33,707 nt of DNA from an uncultured Nitrososphaeraceae archaeon. Lineage in GTDB: Archaea; Thermoproteota; Nitrososphaeria; Nitrososphaerales; Nitrososphaeraceae. Below, in pieces: positions 11,825 through 22,217 of this stretch; the first letter of the stretch is position 1; each line of letters opens with the position of its first letter. The translations under genes were made by a program, and so were the position numbers. The notes beneath the pieces were generated by a model. That model ran no database searches and had not been told where the DNA came from. It was given only the letters and a program-made list of their open reading frames with translations. Location: positions 1 through 33,707 of the forward strand of contig CAWGVG010000004.1 in assembly GCA_963825865.1 (NCBI GenBank), in the 5' to 3' direction.

Positions 11825-12415
11825 CCTAAGTATTGATAAACAACTTAAACCTTTATTGATAAATGAATATGAAAACGAAACAGCTTTCAATTTGTCTAAA
11901 TGTAACAACATTATTGGATGTCCAATATGGTTTAGATCGGAATCAAATCTAGAACCGAATTTAAGTATTATTGGTAATGTCTCTAAATCTACAAGTATTC
12001 TAATACTCAATGGAGAAAATGATTCTCAGACTCCAGTTCAACAAGCGCTTCTCTTGCAACAAAGGCTGACTGAAGTAAATCACCCTGACCATACGTTGAT
12101 AACTTATCCTAATTTAGGACACCTATTCTATCCCTCATCTCAATGGCAGATCTCATTTGGACCGATACAACCATATGTTTTGACAGATCTGTACTCATGG
12201 CTTGAAGCTCATTCTGGGTTTACACGTCTTCCCAGTTCTATGCCGTCAACTTACACATCTTCATCATCTAACTCTACTACTACCATCAAATAAAAAATTC
12301 TAATCTCGTATTATTACATTCCAGCCATTATTGGACCTAACCAAATTAGCTAAGCCTATTCCAAAATTAGTTAAATTACAGGAGGACTAAAAAATGCTCG
12401 TAGATTTTATTTCAA

Positions 12416-12570
12416 TTATATTGTATGGAATTCCGGTAATCCAGAAGTATGAGTAGCTAAGTTTTCAATAGTAATTTTATGTCCCTTATGTTGTGGTACT
12501 GCAACATTATGTGGAAGATACTTTTCAATTGGATCGTCAAGCCTGATCAAACCATCTAACATTAGTAAGT
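12416..12570 (-). pseudogene. Internal fragment of a beta-lactamase-family serine hydrolase
   Basis: DGLIRLDDPIEKYLPHNVAVPQHKGHKITIENLATHTSGLPEF matches the LDDPxxxYLP...ITxxxLxTHTSGL signature. Confidence 0.75.
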
Positions 12571-12601
12571 AAATCTAGAGGTAGTTGATTGCCATTCATG
12601 C

Positions 12602-12734
12602 TGTGGCTGTCAAACCTAGGCGTCGTTTGGCTTGAATCTCCGGTTATCCTGAACACAGGTGCTGGAAGTAAGTGAACTTCATCGTATATTATCAATCCCC
12701 AGTTCTTTTCCCTAAATATTTCAAGATGTGGAAG
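12602..12734 (-). pseudogene. Internal fragment of an XPB/Rad25 helicase (motifs II-III)
   Basis: LPHLEIFREKNWGLIIYDEVHLLPAPVFRIT, frameshift, then EIQAKRRLGLTAT. Confidence 0.78.
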
Positions 12735-13030
12735 GCTTCGTTGAGCACCTTGCTTGATGAGAGCATCTCGCTTGCCTTAGATGATATAACTTCTAGTCGT
12801 TCTGCTTCTCCTTCTCTTCTGATAGATCTTCTTACAAGTCTTTTGTCATATATAAATGCCATAAGCATCTCATTAAAAACATTCCAATCAAAGTACTCTG
12901 CATCATGAAGCTTTTTGTACACCTGAGAGCTAGCCACAAGTTGTTTGAATATTGGTAGGAAGATGGCCTTTGGGATGAGTCCAGCCTTAGGAGTCGGTTT
13001 AGGGTGTTTTGAAGCCGATGTAGGGGGCAT
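12692..13030 (-). CDS. Hypothetical ORF, probably a chimera of remnants
   Basis: 112-aa ORF whose last codons overlap the XPB fragment in a different frame. Confidence 0.25.
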   Translation of the reverse strand: MPPTSASKHPKPTPKAGLIPKAIFLPIFKQLVASSQVYKKLHDAEYFDWNVFNEMLMAFIYDKRLVRRSIRREGEAERLEVISSKASEMLSSSKVLNEAFHILKYLGKRTGD

Positions 13031-13170
13031 TAGATGAGGCTAAGAAGACAATACATGGAATAACTGGAGTAGAAGTTGGAGATATGACTGCATACAGCTG
13101 TCAAAATAGCATTTGGTGTAGAACATTAACTCTTACTACTGCCCACTGCTATTCTTGTTATATCCGTAGG

Positions 13171-13350
13171 CTACCTATCTTTTGTTATTTGATTTTGTTT
13201 AAAGCATCAAGCGTTAGTCTTTTGTTATTCAATGCATCAGAATTATCAGGCTGTATATCCAAAACTCTATCATAACTATAAATAGCTTCCTCGTATTTTC
13301 CTAAATTAAAGAGAGCTGCACAGTTGTTACTTAATGCATCACACTCTTTT
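13171..13350 (-). pseudogene. Tetratricopeptide-repeat fragment
   Basis: DALSNNCAALFNLGKYEEAIYSYDRVLDIQPDNSDALNNK fits the TPR consensus. Confidence 0.72.
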
Positions 13351-13468
13351 GTTTTGATTTCATTTGGTTGTGTACCGAATCAAATCGGATCATAAATAAC
13401 CTCGCAAAATAAATCTGATTGTTGAATAGAGAATACAACCTAGAGTTAGTCACGAGGCATGAATATTC

Positions 13469-13797
13469 TTAACCGCTCGAGAGTAATCGTGCTTTCATTT
13501 GTTGAAACTCTTCTTCTGAGAGTATGCCTTGTTGTTTGAGATTAGCTAATTTCTCAAGTTCTTGGACAACATCTTTCTTCTGACCTTGTGATTGGTTTGC
13601 TGTCTGAGCTGCTTGCATTTGTGCGGCTTGAGCCTGAGCTTGAGCAGCTTGAGCTTGGGCTTGATTTATCTGTGCCTGCTGGGCTTGGGCTTTTTGCATT
13701 GATTCGAATTGCTTTTTAGTAGCGTGGTGTCCTACTACAGGCAGACTGTAGCTCCTCCTGCTATCATTCCACGAGCCACAGGTCTTCTCCTAAACAT
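13469..13797 (-). pseudogene. SHOCT-domain protein with Gln/Ala-rich linker, frameshift near 13740
   Basis: C-terminal DVVQELEKLANLKQQGILSEEEFQQMKARLL is a SHOCT motif. The likely true start MFRRRPVARGMIAGG is at 13797 in another frame. Confidence 0.75.
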
Positions 13798-14015
13798 GTT
13801 CTTATCTCTACCCTGAAATACCATATATCTTTATCTAGCACCTGATTTCAAGCGTGTATGTTTAGCTCGTCTCTACAATAGGGCTTAATTATAATGAAAA
13901 TACTATATCTTATGCTCAATAATGCTGCAATCATTAAAGAAAATTATTAACTAAAGTTCAAATCATTCGCGCTTTCAGTGAAAACGATTAAATTAAAACT
14001 CGTGAAAGTTTCTAC

Positions 14016-14447
14016 ATGTCTTTTACAGAAAACAAACGAATCGTTCAGGAGTTTCTTGACGAAACGTATAACAAAGGCAATCTGAAAAACACAGATAGGT
14101 TTGTTACTCCTGATTTTGCATACCATGCTCGTGGCGAGGATATTGAAGGAATCGAAGCATATAATGAATGGGTTTCCTCAGATCGTAGCATATTTCCTGA
14201 TATCCGAATTACAATCGTAGATAGCATAGCAGAGTCTGGTAAAGTTGCTTCAGCTTTTATTGTGGAAGGTACACAAGAAAAGGAATTTCGTGGCATTCCC
14301 GCTACTCATAAGAAATTAGAAACTGTAGGAATGAATATTTTCCATTTTCAAGATAACAAGATCAAGGAAGGATGGGTCGTAGTCGATGCGCTCACTGCAG
14401 CACTACAGCTTGGTGCTGTTAAGGCAATATCTTCTGAGGCCGACTAG
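14016..14447 (+). CDS. SnoaL-like ester cyclase
   Basis: TENKRIVQEF...FPDIRITIVDSIAESGKVA...GTQEKEFRGIPATHK...FHFQDNKIKEGW. Confidence 0.88.
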   Translation: MSFTENKRIVQEFLDETYNKGNLKNTDRFVTPDFAYHARGEDIEGIEAYNEWVSSDRSIFPDIRITIVDSIAESGKVASAFIVEGTQEKEFRGIPATHKKLETVGMNIFHFQDNKIKEGWVVVDALTAALQLGAVKAISSEAD

Positions 14448-14834
14448 AAAAACATATTTTGTCTATTCAAATGCGACTCAGTGAGTATACATCAGAGTCA
14501 GCCTCCCTTTTTTTAACAACTAATTATTAGCTCGCCCTCTTTTCGGCAAATGCAACCTCCTAGCTTTGAGAATTTGTATATGTAACCAATCTCTCTCTGA
14601 CCTGACGTATTTGTATTTAGCTGACGCAGACATAGCAATAAGGCTCAGTCAAACATATTAAGATGATCTTCAAATTAGGTTCTGTTAACTTATCGGGTCA
14701 TGCAAGTATACAGGTATCGCTTTGACAGTGGACCCTTAAAGAGAAGTTTAGAAAGATTTGCAAAATTTCCAATAGCAACAAGTTTCGACGAAAAAGCTTC
14801 ACTGATTCAACAGTGCTACTAAGCATGTATATAG

Positions 14835-15448
14835 CTTGGCTTAACACAAGTTCTTTGTAATAAAATAAAAGATAGTGAACATCTTGAATTACTAGAAGTC
14901 GTCATTAAGAATGCAAGAAGGTTGCAAGACTTACTGAAGATATTTTAGATGTTACAAAAATAGAAAGCCAATCACTAAATCTTAGGAAAGAAAAACTAAA
15001 CCTAAATGATATGGTGGCAGTGGCTCTAGAGGACTATAAGGATGAAATTGGAAAAACTAATGGTAAGTTGAAATTAGTGTACGAAGATAAAGAAAATGAT
15101 AATACTCTTATTGTGGAAGCAGACAAGAATAGACTTTTCGAGGTTTTGGGCAATCTGTTAGCTAATGCAGTTAAATTCACCAAAGAAGGAGATATATCTG
15201 TGTCGATAGAAAAAAAAGACACTCAGGCTATAGTCAGTATAAATGATACAGGTACGGGAATAAATCCTGAAATATATCCAAGGTTATTTACAAAGTTTAC
15301 ATCAAAATCCGTTACAGGTACCGGCTTAGGGTTGTATGTATCAAAGGGTATTGTAGAAGCTCATGGTGGTAGAATATGGGCTGAGAACAATGCTGATGGC
15401 AGAAAAGGTGCTACATTTTACTTTAGCCTACCGTTGAGGAAACAGTAG
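14835..15448 (+). pseudogene. Histidine kinase C-terminal remnant (partial HisKA + HATPase, no H-box)
   Basis: LGLTQVLCNKIKDSEHLELLEVVIKNARRLQ, frameshift, then LTEDILDVTKIES leading into ORF 15011..15448 with N, G1 and G2 boxes. Confidence 0.82.
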
Positions 15449-15926
15449 ATATGATTTATTAATTTTTAATAACATAGTGATTAATACTATAGTGATAAGG
15501 AAGCCTTTTTACAACTTTCAATCTACCTCATCTTATTTTAAGTTGCAAAACTTTGCTTATTCTAATAATCCAGTCTTGCAATCTTCAATAAGCCAAGCCT
15601 TTCCTTTTGTAATGTTATAACTTAAAGTAACAAACTTTAGTCTTTGTATATAATAACAGTTTTGAACTATTTACTAGTTTTTGTTGCACCGAGAGCCATA
15701 CCATAATTATGACTTTGGTTATAAGTTTTAAAGTAAATATCAGTTTTGGTTTAACATGTCGACATATAGTTATGAACAGGTAGAAAAATCATAGCTATTA
15801 TGTAGAGATGCGGCCACAACTTCTTGTACAAAGTAATAAAACATATATATCTTTTAGTAAATTAATTGGTACTGCTGTTAGCAGAAAAAATACTGCTAGC
15901 ACTATTGCAGAGGTGATTATAGGATA

Positions 15927-16287
15927 GTGTCAAAGCCATCATCATTGGACAATGGATTATCGCAGCAAAGGAAGATACTTTTAATTGATGACGAACCCGA
16001 CATATGCGTAACTTATAAAACCATTTTAGAAGGAGCAGGATATCAATGCATTGTATATACAGATCCAGTTAAAGCATTACAGGAGTTTAAGGCAAATTAT
16101 TATGATTTGATTGTAATTGATGTCAAAATGCCAGCTCTAAATGGATGTGAATTTTTTAAGAAGATTAGAGAACACAGTACTATAAACATGTTTTTCATAA
16201 CTGCGGCTAAGGAGGTACTTTGATAAATTGAGAAAGGAACAGTACCCAGAATTAACTGACATATCCTTTGTTCAAGTAACACGTTAA
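15927..16287 (+). pseudogene. Response regulator receiver protein, frameshift near 16216
   Basis: ILLIDDEPD, DLIVIDVKMPALNG, FFITA. Continues in the +1 frame as YFDKLRKEQYPELTDISFVQVTR*, lacking the conserved KP. Confidence 0.8.
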
Positions 16288-16307
16288 TAGGATGTGATAG
16301 TTTCCAG

Positions 16308-16520
16308 ATGAACTCTAGATTATCATCATATAAATCCGACAAATTTAAAGGCTGTGACAGAAGAGGCTGTAACCAGAAACCAATCAAGTACTTGAGAATA
16401 AAATACATTAAGAAAATTGGTATTTTCTGCGATAAATGTGCTAGTGATTTGTTGAAGTCTGGTCTTGCAGAGGATATAGGGGAAAGTAGGAGCAGACATT
16501 CCTCGATTGAGGTGGTGTAA
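16308..16520 (+). CDS. Small Cys4 zinc-finger-like protein
   Basis: CDRRGC...FCDKC; its stop directly abuts the ATG of the next ORF. Confidence 0.6.
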   Translation: MNSRLSSYKSDKFKGCDRRGCNQKPIKYLRIKYIKKIGIFCDKCASDLLKSGLAEDIGESRSRHSSIEVV

Positions 16521-17174
16521 ATGGATTCTTTTATTACTTCCAATAAATCTGTAAATTCCAAAGACTCCAACAATACACCACAAGTGGATCAGAAGTTTAC
16601 ACCACTAGTGTTAGCTGCACAAGAACTTTTTGGCCGGAATTATATCTCATCACACGAGATAACTGATCTAGCAATTAGTCATTACAGAACCAAGAAAGGA
16701 AAAGGTATTACATTCGAGTATTTAATCGAAAATGGTCTTGCCAGGCATAAAAAACAATCCCAAGATACACTGAAGTACCATTTCAGAAAAGAAACGCTAT
16801 TTACATTAGCAAACAAAAGACCTCAGCAGTACTATCCTACTACTATTAAATCTGAAATAATTGAAAACCTTGGAAAGAATACACCAGTACATCCCACAGG
16901 GGTAGGCATACTATCACTACCAACAACAACATCATCACCTCTATCTTACTCCTCCCGATCTCCTCTCTCGCAATCTCTAGAGTATCTGACACTTCAGCCT
17001 AGTGGATTTGATACCGCAGTAAACCAGGAATGCGAAAACCTGATATGTACACACCCAGGCGAAAATGCAACTTGTTCACAAGAAGGAGTTACATCTGCTC
17101 CAATACCAACACCTACACCACAACCAACTACAGGAACCTTATTAGTTATAAAAAATATTTTATTATTATTATAA
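16521..17174 (+). pseudogene. Chimeric ORF: winged-helix-like N-terminus fused to a surface-protein-like fragment
   Basis: Basic helical region (GKGITFEYLIENGLARHKKQSQDTLKY...RPQQYYP) switches abruptly near 16998 to Cys/Pro/Thr-rich NQECENLICTHPGENATC...PTPTPQPTTGTLLVIKN. Confidence 0.5.
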
Positions 17175-17491
17175 TTTATCCCAATTCTTTCCTTTTGTGA
17201 TACATCTAATCCGAAATAACTAGAACTAGAATTTATTCTGCTACTAAGGGGTATTTTTTTTTCAGTGCGCCCATGTAGGTATGGGATTTATTATAAGTCT
17301 CATCTAATCGATGTCTATGTATATCGCACCACTAGTCTATACATACGATGTCTCATTTTGAAAAATGTTTATAATCTAAGCGCTCTAAAAAATAATAATA
17401 ATAAATTACAATAACAAAAATATACAGCTTTAAAAAGTTCAATTTGTCACAATGGATATATACATATGACAATAATAATGCTTATCAAAAT

Positions 17492-18064
17492 ATGACTAAC
17501 TCGAATCCCCCGGATGGGAAATCCCCAGGATGGGTTCGTGCAGCTCAAATTGGATTGGGCGCACTTGCTGTCATTTTATCTATATCAATACTTGCTTCTC
17601 CCGGGCTTGCGATAGCATCAATTGTATACTTTGTTGGTATCCTTTTGCTGATTGTTGGTATCGAAAGTGTTATTACTGGTATATTTATTAGAAGCAAATC
17701 TCGTTGGGCAAGTGTTGGCTTAGGAATACTTGTTATCATATTGGCTATCATAGTGATGGCATTTCCATTAGGAACTACAATATTCCTGATAATACTTATG
17801 GGAGTTGCACTCTTGATAAATGGCATTTCCAGAGTTATACATGGGTTTGGGGATAAAGAAAGCCGCAGTTGGTCAAGGGGATTTAATATTGGTGTGGGGG
17901 CATTGGAAATCGCCTTAGGTATATTGATAATGGCATCACCAGCTTTCGGAGTTAGATTAGTAGGCCTTATGATTGGTATAGCGCTATTGATAACAGGAAT
18001 ACAAATGATTGTAGCTGGGATATCGGGAAGAAGAAGGAAAATTTTGCCATCATCTGGCAGATGA
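17492..18064 (+). CDS. HdeD/DUF308-family membrane protein
   Basis: Six Gly-rich TM helices in repeated pairs (GILLLIVGIESV, GVALLINGISRV, GIALLITGIQMI). ATG at 17492 preferred over TTG at 17444. Confidence 0.85.
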   Translation: MTNSNPPDGKSPGWVRAAQIGLGALAVILSISILASPGLAIASIVYFVGILLLIVGIESVITGIFIRSKSRWASVGLGILVIILAIIVMAFPLGTTIFLIILMGVALLINGISRVIHGFGDKESRSWSRGFNIGVGALEIALGILIMASPAFGVRLVGLMIGIALLITGIQMIVAGISGRRRKILPSSGR

Positions 18065-18300
18065 ACACAGAGTAGGGATAGCATCTATCTCTGTGTGTCT
18101 TCGTGATTCACTTAATAACATAGAGTATCTTCATTGCCTTGAAAGAATGGTAGTACCAGAACAACGGGTTTATTGAAAACGATCCCAGAAATGCAATAGA
18201 AAATAAAGTTGTGACTATTATATTTATCCTGTATTCTCAGTGTATATCGAATATATTCAATTAGAAGTCTCAAAATATAAGTATCGATCTATTTTCAACT

Positions 18301-18582
18301 ATGACTGTTAAAAGACTGCTAAATAAGTTAAGCAAAGCTCAGCAAGATTATTACATTTTCCTTGAAAAGGAATGTTTTTCAGCATTTAGCAACGCCGAAG
18401 ATAACTTTAACATATATCGTTATGCTTCGTGTTATGCATGGCTTTTCGATTGCTCAGAATTCTTTTGGAAAGCATTAACGGTACTGTCCGGTAAGTACTT
18501 TGATCTCACTCATGAAGCTTCCCAAGCAGACATGGTCAAGATATCTAAAGATTTACTATCTGACGATGAAAGGATCACTTAA
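18301..18582 (+). pseudogene. HEPN-like domain, N-terminal half
   Basis: AEDNFNIYRYASCYAWLFDCSEFFWKALTVLSGKYFDLTH resembles HEPN helices 1-2 (ExxxKA...G....TH). The C-terminal Rx4-6H/Y region is absent. Confidence 0.45.
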
Positions 18583-18925
18583 TCGACACATGAAATAATG
18601 AGAAAGGGCATGAGATATCGGAGCCTATGGGATATTGAAGAAAAAATGTCTGTGTGGGAGGTTAACATATATCAGTCATCCTTAGTCAGTTTCTAATATT
18701 GGCCTAATTTTGCAGATGGTTAGGACGGTCAATTAAACATGGTCGTTTTAAATATACTTTGGCGTATCTGAAAATTGGTTTTTTGCACTGCTACTCTTAT
18801 GGTCTATGAAATAACACAGCTGTTCATTTTCTTTATCGGTTATTTGATGCGCTATATAGCGCATCAAGTCTGTTTCAATCCTACCGTAGTCAGCTTCTAA
18901 CTGTGAAAAGTACTATCTGCATTAA

Positions 18926-19138
18926 TTAAGAGCGCAGTTGTGCTAGTCCTATAGCTACAGGGCTCTTTCCAAAGCCAGTTGGCGCCTCTAGTATAATGTA
19001 TTTGTGGCATGAATTGAACGCATTACAAATCTCGTTTAATACTTTTGCCTGATTATTTCGTTGCGATGTAAATGGGAAATTCTTGATAACGTCAGCTGCT
19101 TTTAATGATTGATGGCTATTACTATTATCATCATTCAA
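18926..19138 (-). pseudogene. N-terminal fragment of a DinG/XPD-type helicase
   Basis: Q motif FPFTSQRNNQ and Walker A IILEAPTGFGKS, then truncated. Confidence 0.78.
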
Positions 19139-19402
19139 TTACCTCCACCTTCCTTTTCAATGCCTTGTAAAGATGATTGCAATTGCATTTAATAGAATCA
19201 AGTCTTTGTTTTATTCTTTGCTCCATTCAGAAAAGGAAAGCTGAATCATAGACAATAGACAATTATAAGATGTGTTCTAATAAGGCGTTTTCATAATTGC
19301 CCGTTGGCATTTTAACTACATTTTCATAAGAACTGAATATGCAGTAAACTTAATGCAATAGAAGCAAGGATAACATATACAATGGTAGATGTTACATAAT
19401 AA

Positions 19403-20430
19403 TTGAAGATAAAGCTTTTGACTCGTTCCTCTGATTTGAATGAAATTTTACAATTCCAATTAAATCAGGTCGGACTAACTAGTGAAAATGTTGATTATAA
19501 TCGACCTTTATTGCCACAAATAGTAGATGCAGAGGTAATCGTAACTGGTTTTAGCAATATCGATAAAACAATTATAGATGCTTGTCCAAACTTAAAGCTA
19601 GTTCACCAGACTGGTATTGGTGTTGATAATGTGGATGTTGGATACTGCACGTCAAAATCAATCTATGTAGCGAATGTTCCACTTGCTAATGCTGTTTCAG
19701 TAGCTGAGCACACTCTTTTTCTTATACTATATTTAGCAAAGAATCTGAAAGGCGTTTCTTCTTCTTCTTCTTCTTCTTCTTCTTCTTCTTCTTCTTCTTC
19801 TTTGCTACTACTACTATACCAAGCCTACTAGATAGAAGAGTAGCAGGCATTACGGGTTCAGAGGTGCAAGGAAAAAGTCTTACTATTATTGGTCTTGGGG
19901 CCACGGGTTTGGAAGTAGCAAAGCGAGCAAAATCTTTTGGCATGCAGGTTGTAGCAGTGACAAAGAATCCCTTTTTAAAAAAGCCAGGAATTGATAAAGT
20001 ATACTTTGTAGATAATATGGGCGGACCTGAGATCCTTTCAGAATCTATTGCTCGAGCAGATTATGTTTCATTACATACTCCGCTTACAGAGGAAACAAGG
20101 AATATGATAGGAGCAAAAGAATTGGGTTTGATGAAAAAATCAGCATTCCTGGTAAATGTTGCCAGGGCGTCTATAGTAGACAGAGAAGCATTATTTACAG
20201 TACTATCGAATAACAAAATCTCCGGAGCGGCATTTGATGTATTCTGGGAAGAACCCGCAGATCCTAATGATAAATTACTAAAACTTTGCAATTTTGTGCT
20301 TACACCACATGTTGCAGGATGGACTGCTGAATCCGTAGATGCAATAGCAAGAATAATAGCGACTAATATTGGAAGGTTTTCGCAAGCACAAGTTCCATTA
20401 ACGGTAGTAAATTCAGAATTAATCTATTGA
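19403..20430 (+). pseudogene. D-isomer-specific 2-hydroxyacid dehydrogenase with a 1-bp frameshift at about 19802
   Basis: GIGVDNVD and NAVSVAEH in the first ORF. GLGATG, LHTPLTEETRNMI, LVNVARA, DVFWEEP and LTPHVAG in the second. The bridge FATTTIPSLLDRRVAGITGSEVQGK is in the -1 frame. Confidence 0.9.
19757..19801 (+). repeat. (TCT)15 microsatellite encoding poly-Ser
   Basis: 45 bp of perfect TCT repeats, followed by (CTA)4. Confidence 0.95.
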
Positions 20431-20670
20431 ATATTCTCTCCATCTGGGATAATTTAGGCCAGCGAGTAGGTGCTATATTGCAATACTTGCAGATGGATAT
20501 ACATATATCCATCTCATTTATTTTATCAAAAGATGCTACCATTATCTGATATCGTCATGTTACTGTTTTGTACATGTTTTTGGTCCTTATAAGAAATCAA
20601 ATGATAAGATAATTAGCAAAAAATAAGTTTAAAAATAAATGTAATATATTGATAACAATGCTTACCTACT

Positions 20671-21699
20671 TGTTGTACCTACAAACATAGGTAACAATAT
20701 AGCTTACAGACATAGGTAACACTTCTGCTAGGAAGTGGAAATCTCTATAGAAATTAGAACAAAATTCAATCTCATTCATGAACATGAATGGACTGGTAAT
20801 AGTATTAGCGATATTTGCAATAAATACGAAATATCTAGGAAGACATATTACAAGTGGAAAAATAGATACATAGAGCACGGAATAGACGGGTTGAAAGACC
20901 TATCTAGAAGGCCTCATAGCATCAAAACCAAAGTATCTAAAGAAATAGAAGAAACAATACTTGATTTAAGATTAAAGACCTTTGGTACTAGTAGAATCAG
21001 GTTCAGATTAAAAAGACTTGGAGTATCATTGAGCAGTAGAACCATATACAAGACATTGAAAAAACATACTCTCAACGTTCTAAACTGTAAGGTAAAGAAT
21101 AATAGAAAGTATAAGCGATTTGCAATGAAACATCCAAATGACATGCTTCAAATGGATATACTTGGACCATTTTACGTACGCTGTTCTAGCACAAGAAATT
21201 ACATGATAAGCTGTATAGATGACTGTTCAAGAAAAGTTGCTAGCAAGTGGTCTGAAAGAAAGAGGAGCATTGATGTTTTGAATGTACTAGAGGAGTGGAT
21301 TATGGATAACGGAAAGCCCAGGAAAGTTATGCATGACAACGGTAAGCAGTTTACATCTAAACTATTCAAACACTTTCTATATAAGAATAACATAAAGGAT
21401 AAACCAATTCCAAATTCATATCCACAGTTACAAGGAAAGATAGAAGCATATAACAAGATTGTAAAGAATGAGTTCTTGACAGTTGAAGAAATAACAAGTA
21501 TTGATGATGGAAAACTAAGGTATGATATGTTTGTCAAAGCATATAATGAAACTAGGGAACATGGTGGAATAAATGGTCTTACTCCTTCTGAAAGGTTTGT
21601 ACAAAGGTTAATTAAATCTAAGACATATACAAAAAGGAAGCAAGAAAGTGTAACCTATGTAGGTAATCAAAATTGTTACCCATCTGTGTAAGTACAACA
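20671..21699 (+). mobile_element. IS481-family insertion sequence, copy 2 (1029 bp), TSD CCTACT
   Basis: TGT...ACA ends. CCTACT at 20665-20670 and 21700-21705. Near-identical to copy 1 apart from a 25-bp longer left end. Confidence 0.95.
20735..21691 (+). CDS. IS481-family transposase
   Basis: 318 aa; differs from copy 1 at two residues seen by eye (MD/ME, NDL/NGL). Confidence 0.93.
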   Translation: MEISIEIRTKFNLIHEHEWTGNSISDICNKYEISRKTYYKWKNRYIEHGIDGLKDLSRRPHSIKTKVSKEIEETILDLRLKTFGTSRIRFRLKRLGVSLSSRTIYKTLKKHTLNVLNCKVKNNRKYKRFAMKHPNDMLQMDILGPFYVRCSSTRNYMISCIDDCSRKVASKWSERKRSIDVLNVLEEWIMDNGKPRKVMHDNGKQFTSKLFKHFLYKNNIKDKPIPNSYPQLQGKIEAYNKIVKNEFLTVEEITSIDDGKLRYDMFVKAYNETREHGGINGLTPSERFVQRLIKSKTYTKRKQESVTYVGNQNCYPSV

Positions 21700-21977
21700 C
21701 CTACTGATGTTTCTACCGTCATCAGCTATGTTTTCTGTTTGTTAGTGGTACCATCAGAGCTAATAGAGCCGAAAGGATGAGAAGACATTACTATCAAGAT
21801 ACAGCAATAATACTTAGCTTTTACAAATTCGTCTGTGCGTACGCGCATATGTGTTTAACATATAACGTCGTCGTATATGCCTATAAGATGACAGAATTAC
21901 TTAATCTATGATTTCTATCGGAAACTATATTTTTTTAATATTGTATTAGATAGATAGAGTGTATATACGATTACACG

Positions 21978-22148
21978 AGAACAAAAAAAAGAACAACAAC
22001 AAAAGTTACCGCCTTTTATATTTGTAAGCAAAATATCTAAAATATCAAATGAGAAATACTATATCAACATACCCAAAGTAATGTGGCTAAACGTACAACC
22101 GTACAACAGATCAAGCAGCTGAAAATAACAATTCAAGAGCTCGACTAA
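21978..22148 (+). pseudogene. Possible AbrB/MazE-like small DNA-binding protein remnant
   Basis: PFIFVSKISKISNEKYYINIPKVMWLNVQPY, frameshift, then KQLKITIQELD*. Fits the swapped-hairpin IxIPK...VxI pattern. Confidence 0.4.
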
Positions 22149-22217
22149 TGAGCACCAACAGATATACTAGATTATGCAATAGATCTACGTGACCTGGTTC
22201 TACTTTGAAATGGTCTA

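Larger units (their letters stand above)
10391..12293 (+). pseudogene. Alpha/beta-hydrolase, 5'-truncated, frameshifted near 10680 and interrupted by IS481 copy 1
   Basis: GHSEG nucleophile elbow, LNGENDSQTP (Asp) and YPNLGH (His). Removing the IS plus one TSD restores the frame ...NSSGYLSIDKQLKPLLINEY... Confidence 0.85.

Noticed and set aside
14677-14818. Possible MITE with IS5-like ends (GGTTCTGTTAAC...TTCAACAGTGC)
   Set aside because: The arms match only about 7/11 and no second copy is present.
17545-18084. 179-aa minus-strand ORF and similar antisense ORFs over the kinases, transposases and cyclases
   Set aside because: Shadows of well-supported genes on the opposite strand.
19722-19943. 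Minus-strand poly-Lys ORF
   Set aside because: Antisense shadow of the (TCT)15 tract in the dehydrogenase.
10821-21699. Composite transposon formed by the two direct IS481 copies
   Set aside because: Each copy has its own matching TSD pair (CCTAAG vs CCTACT), so they are independent insertions.
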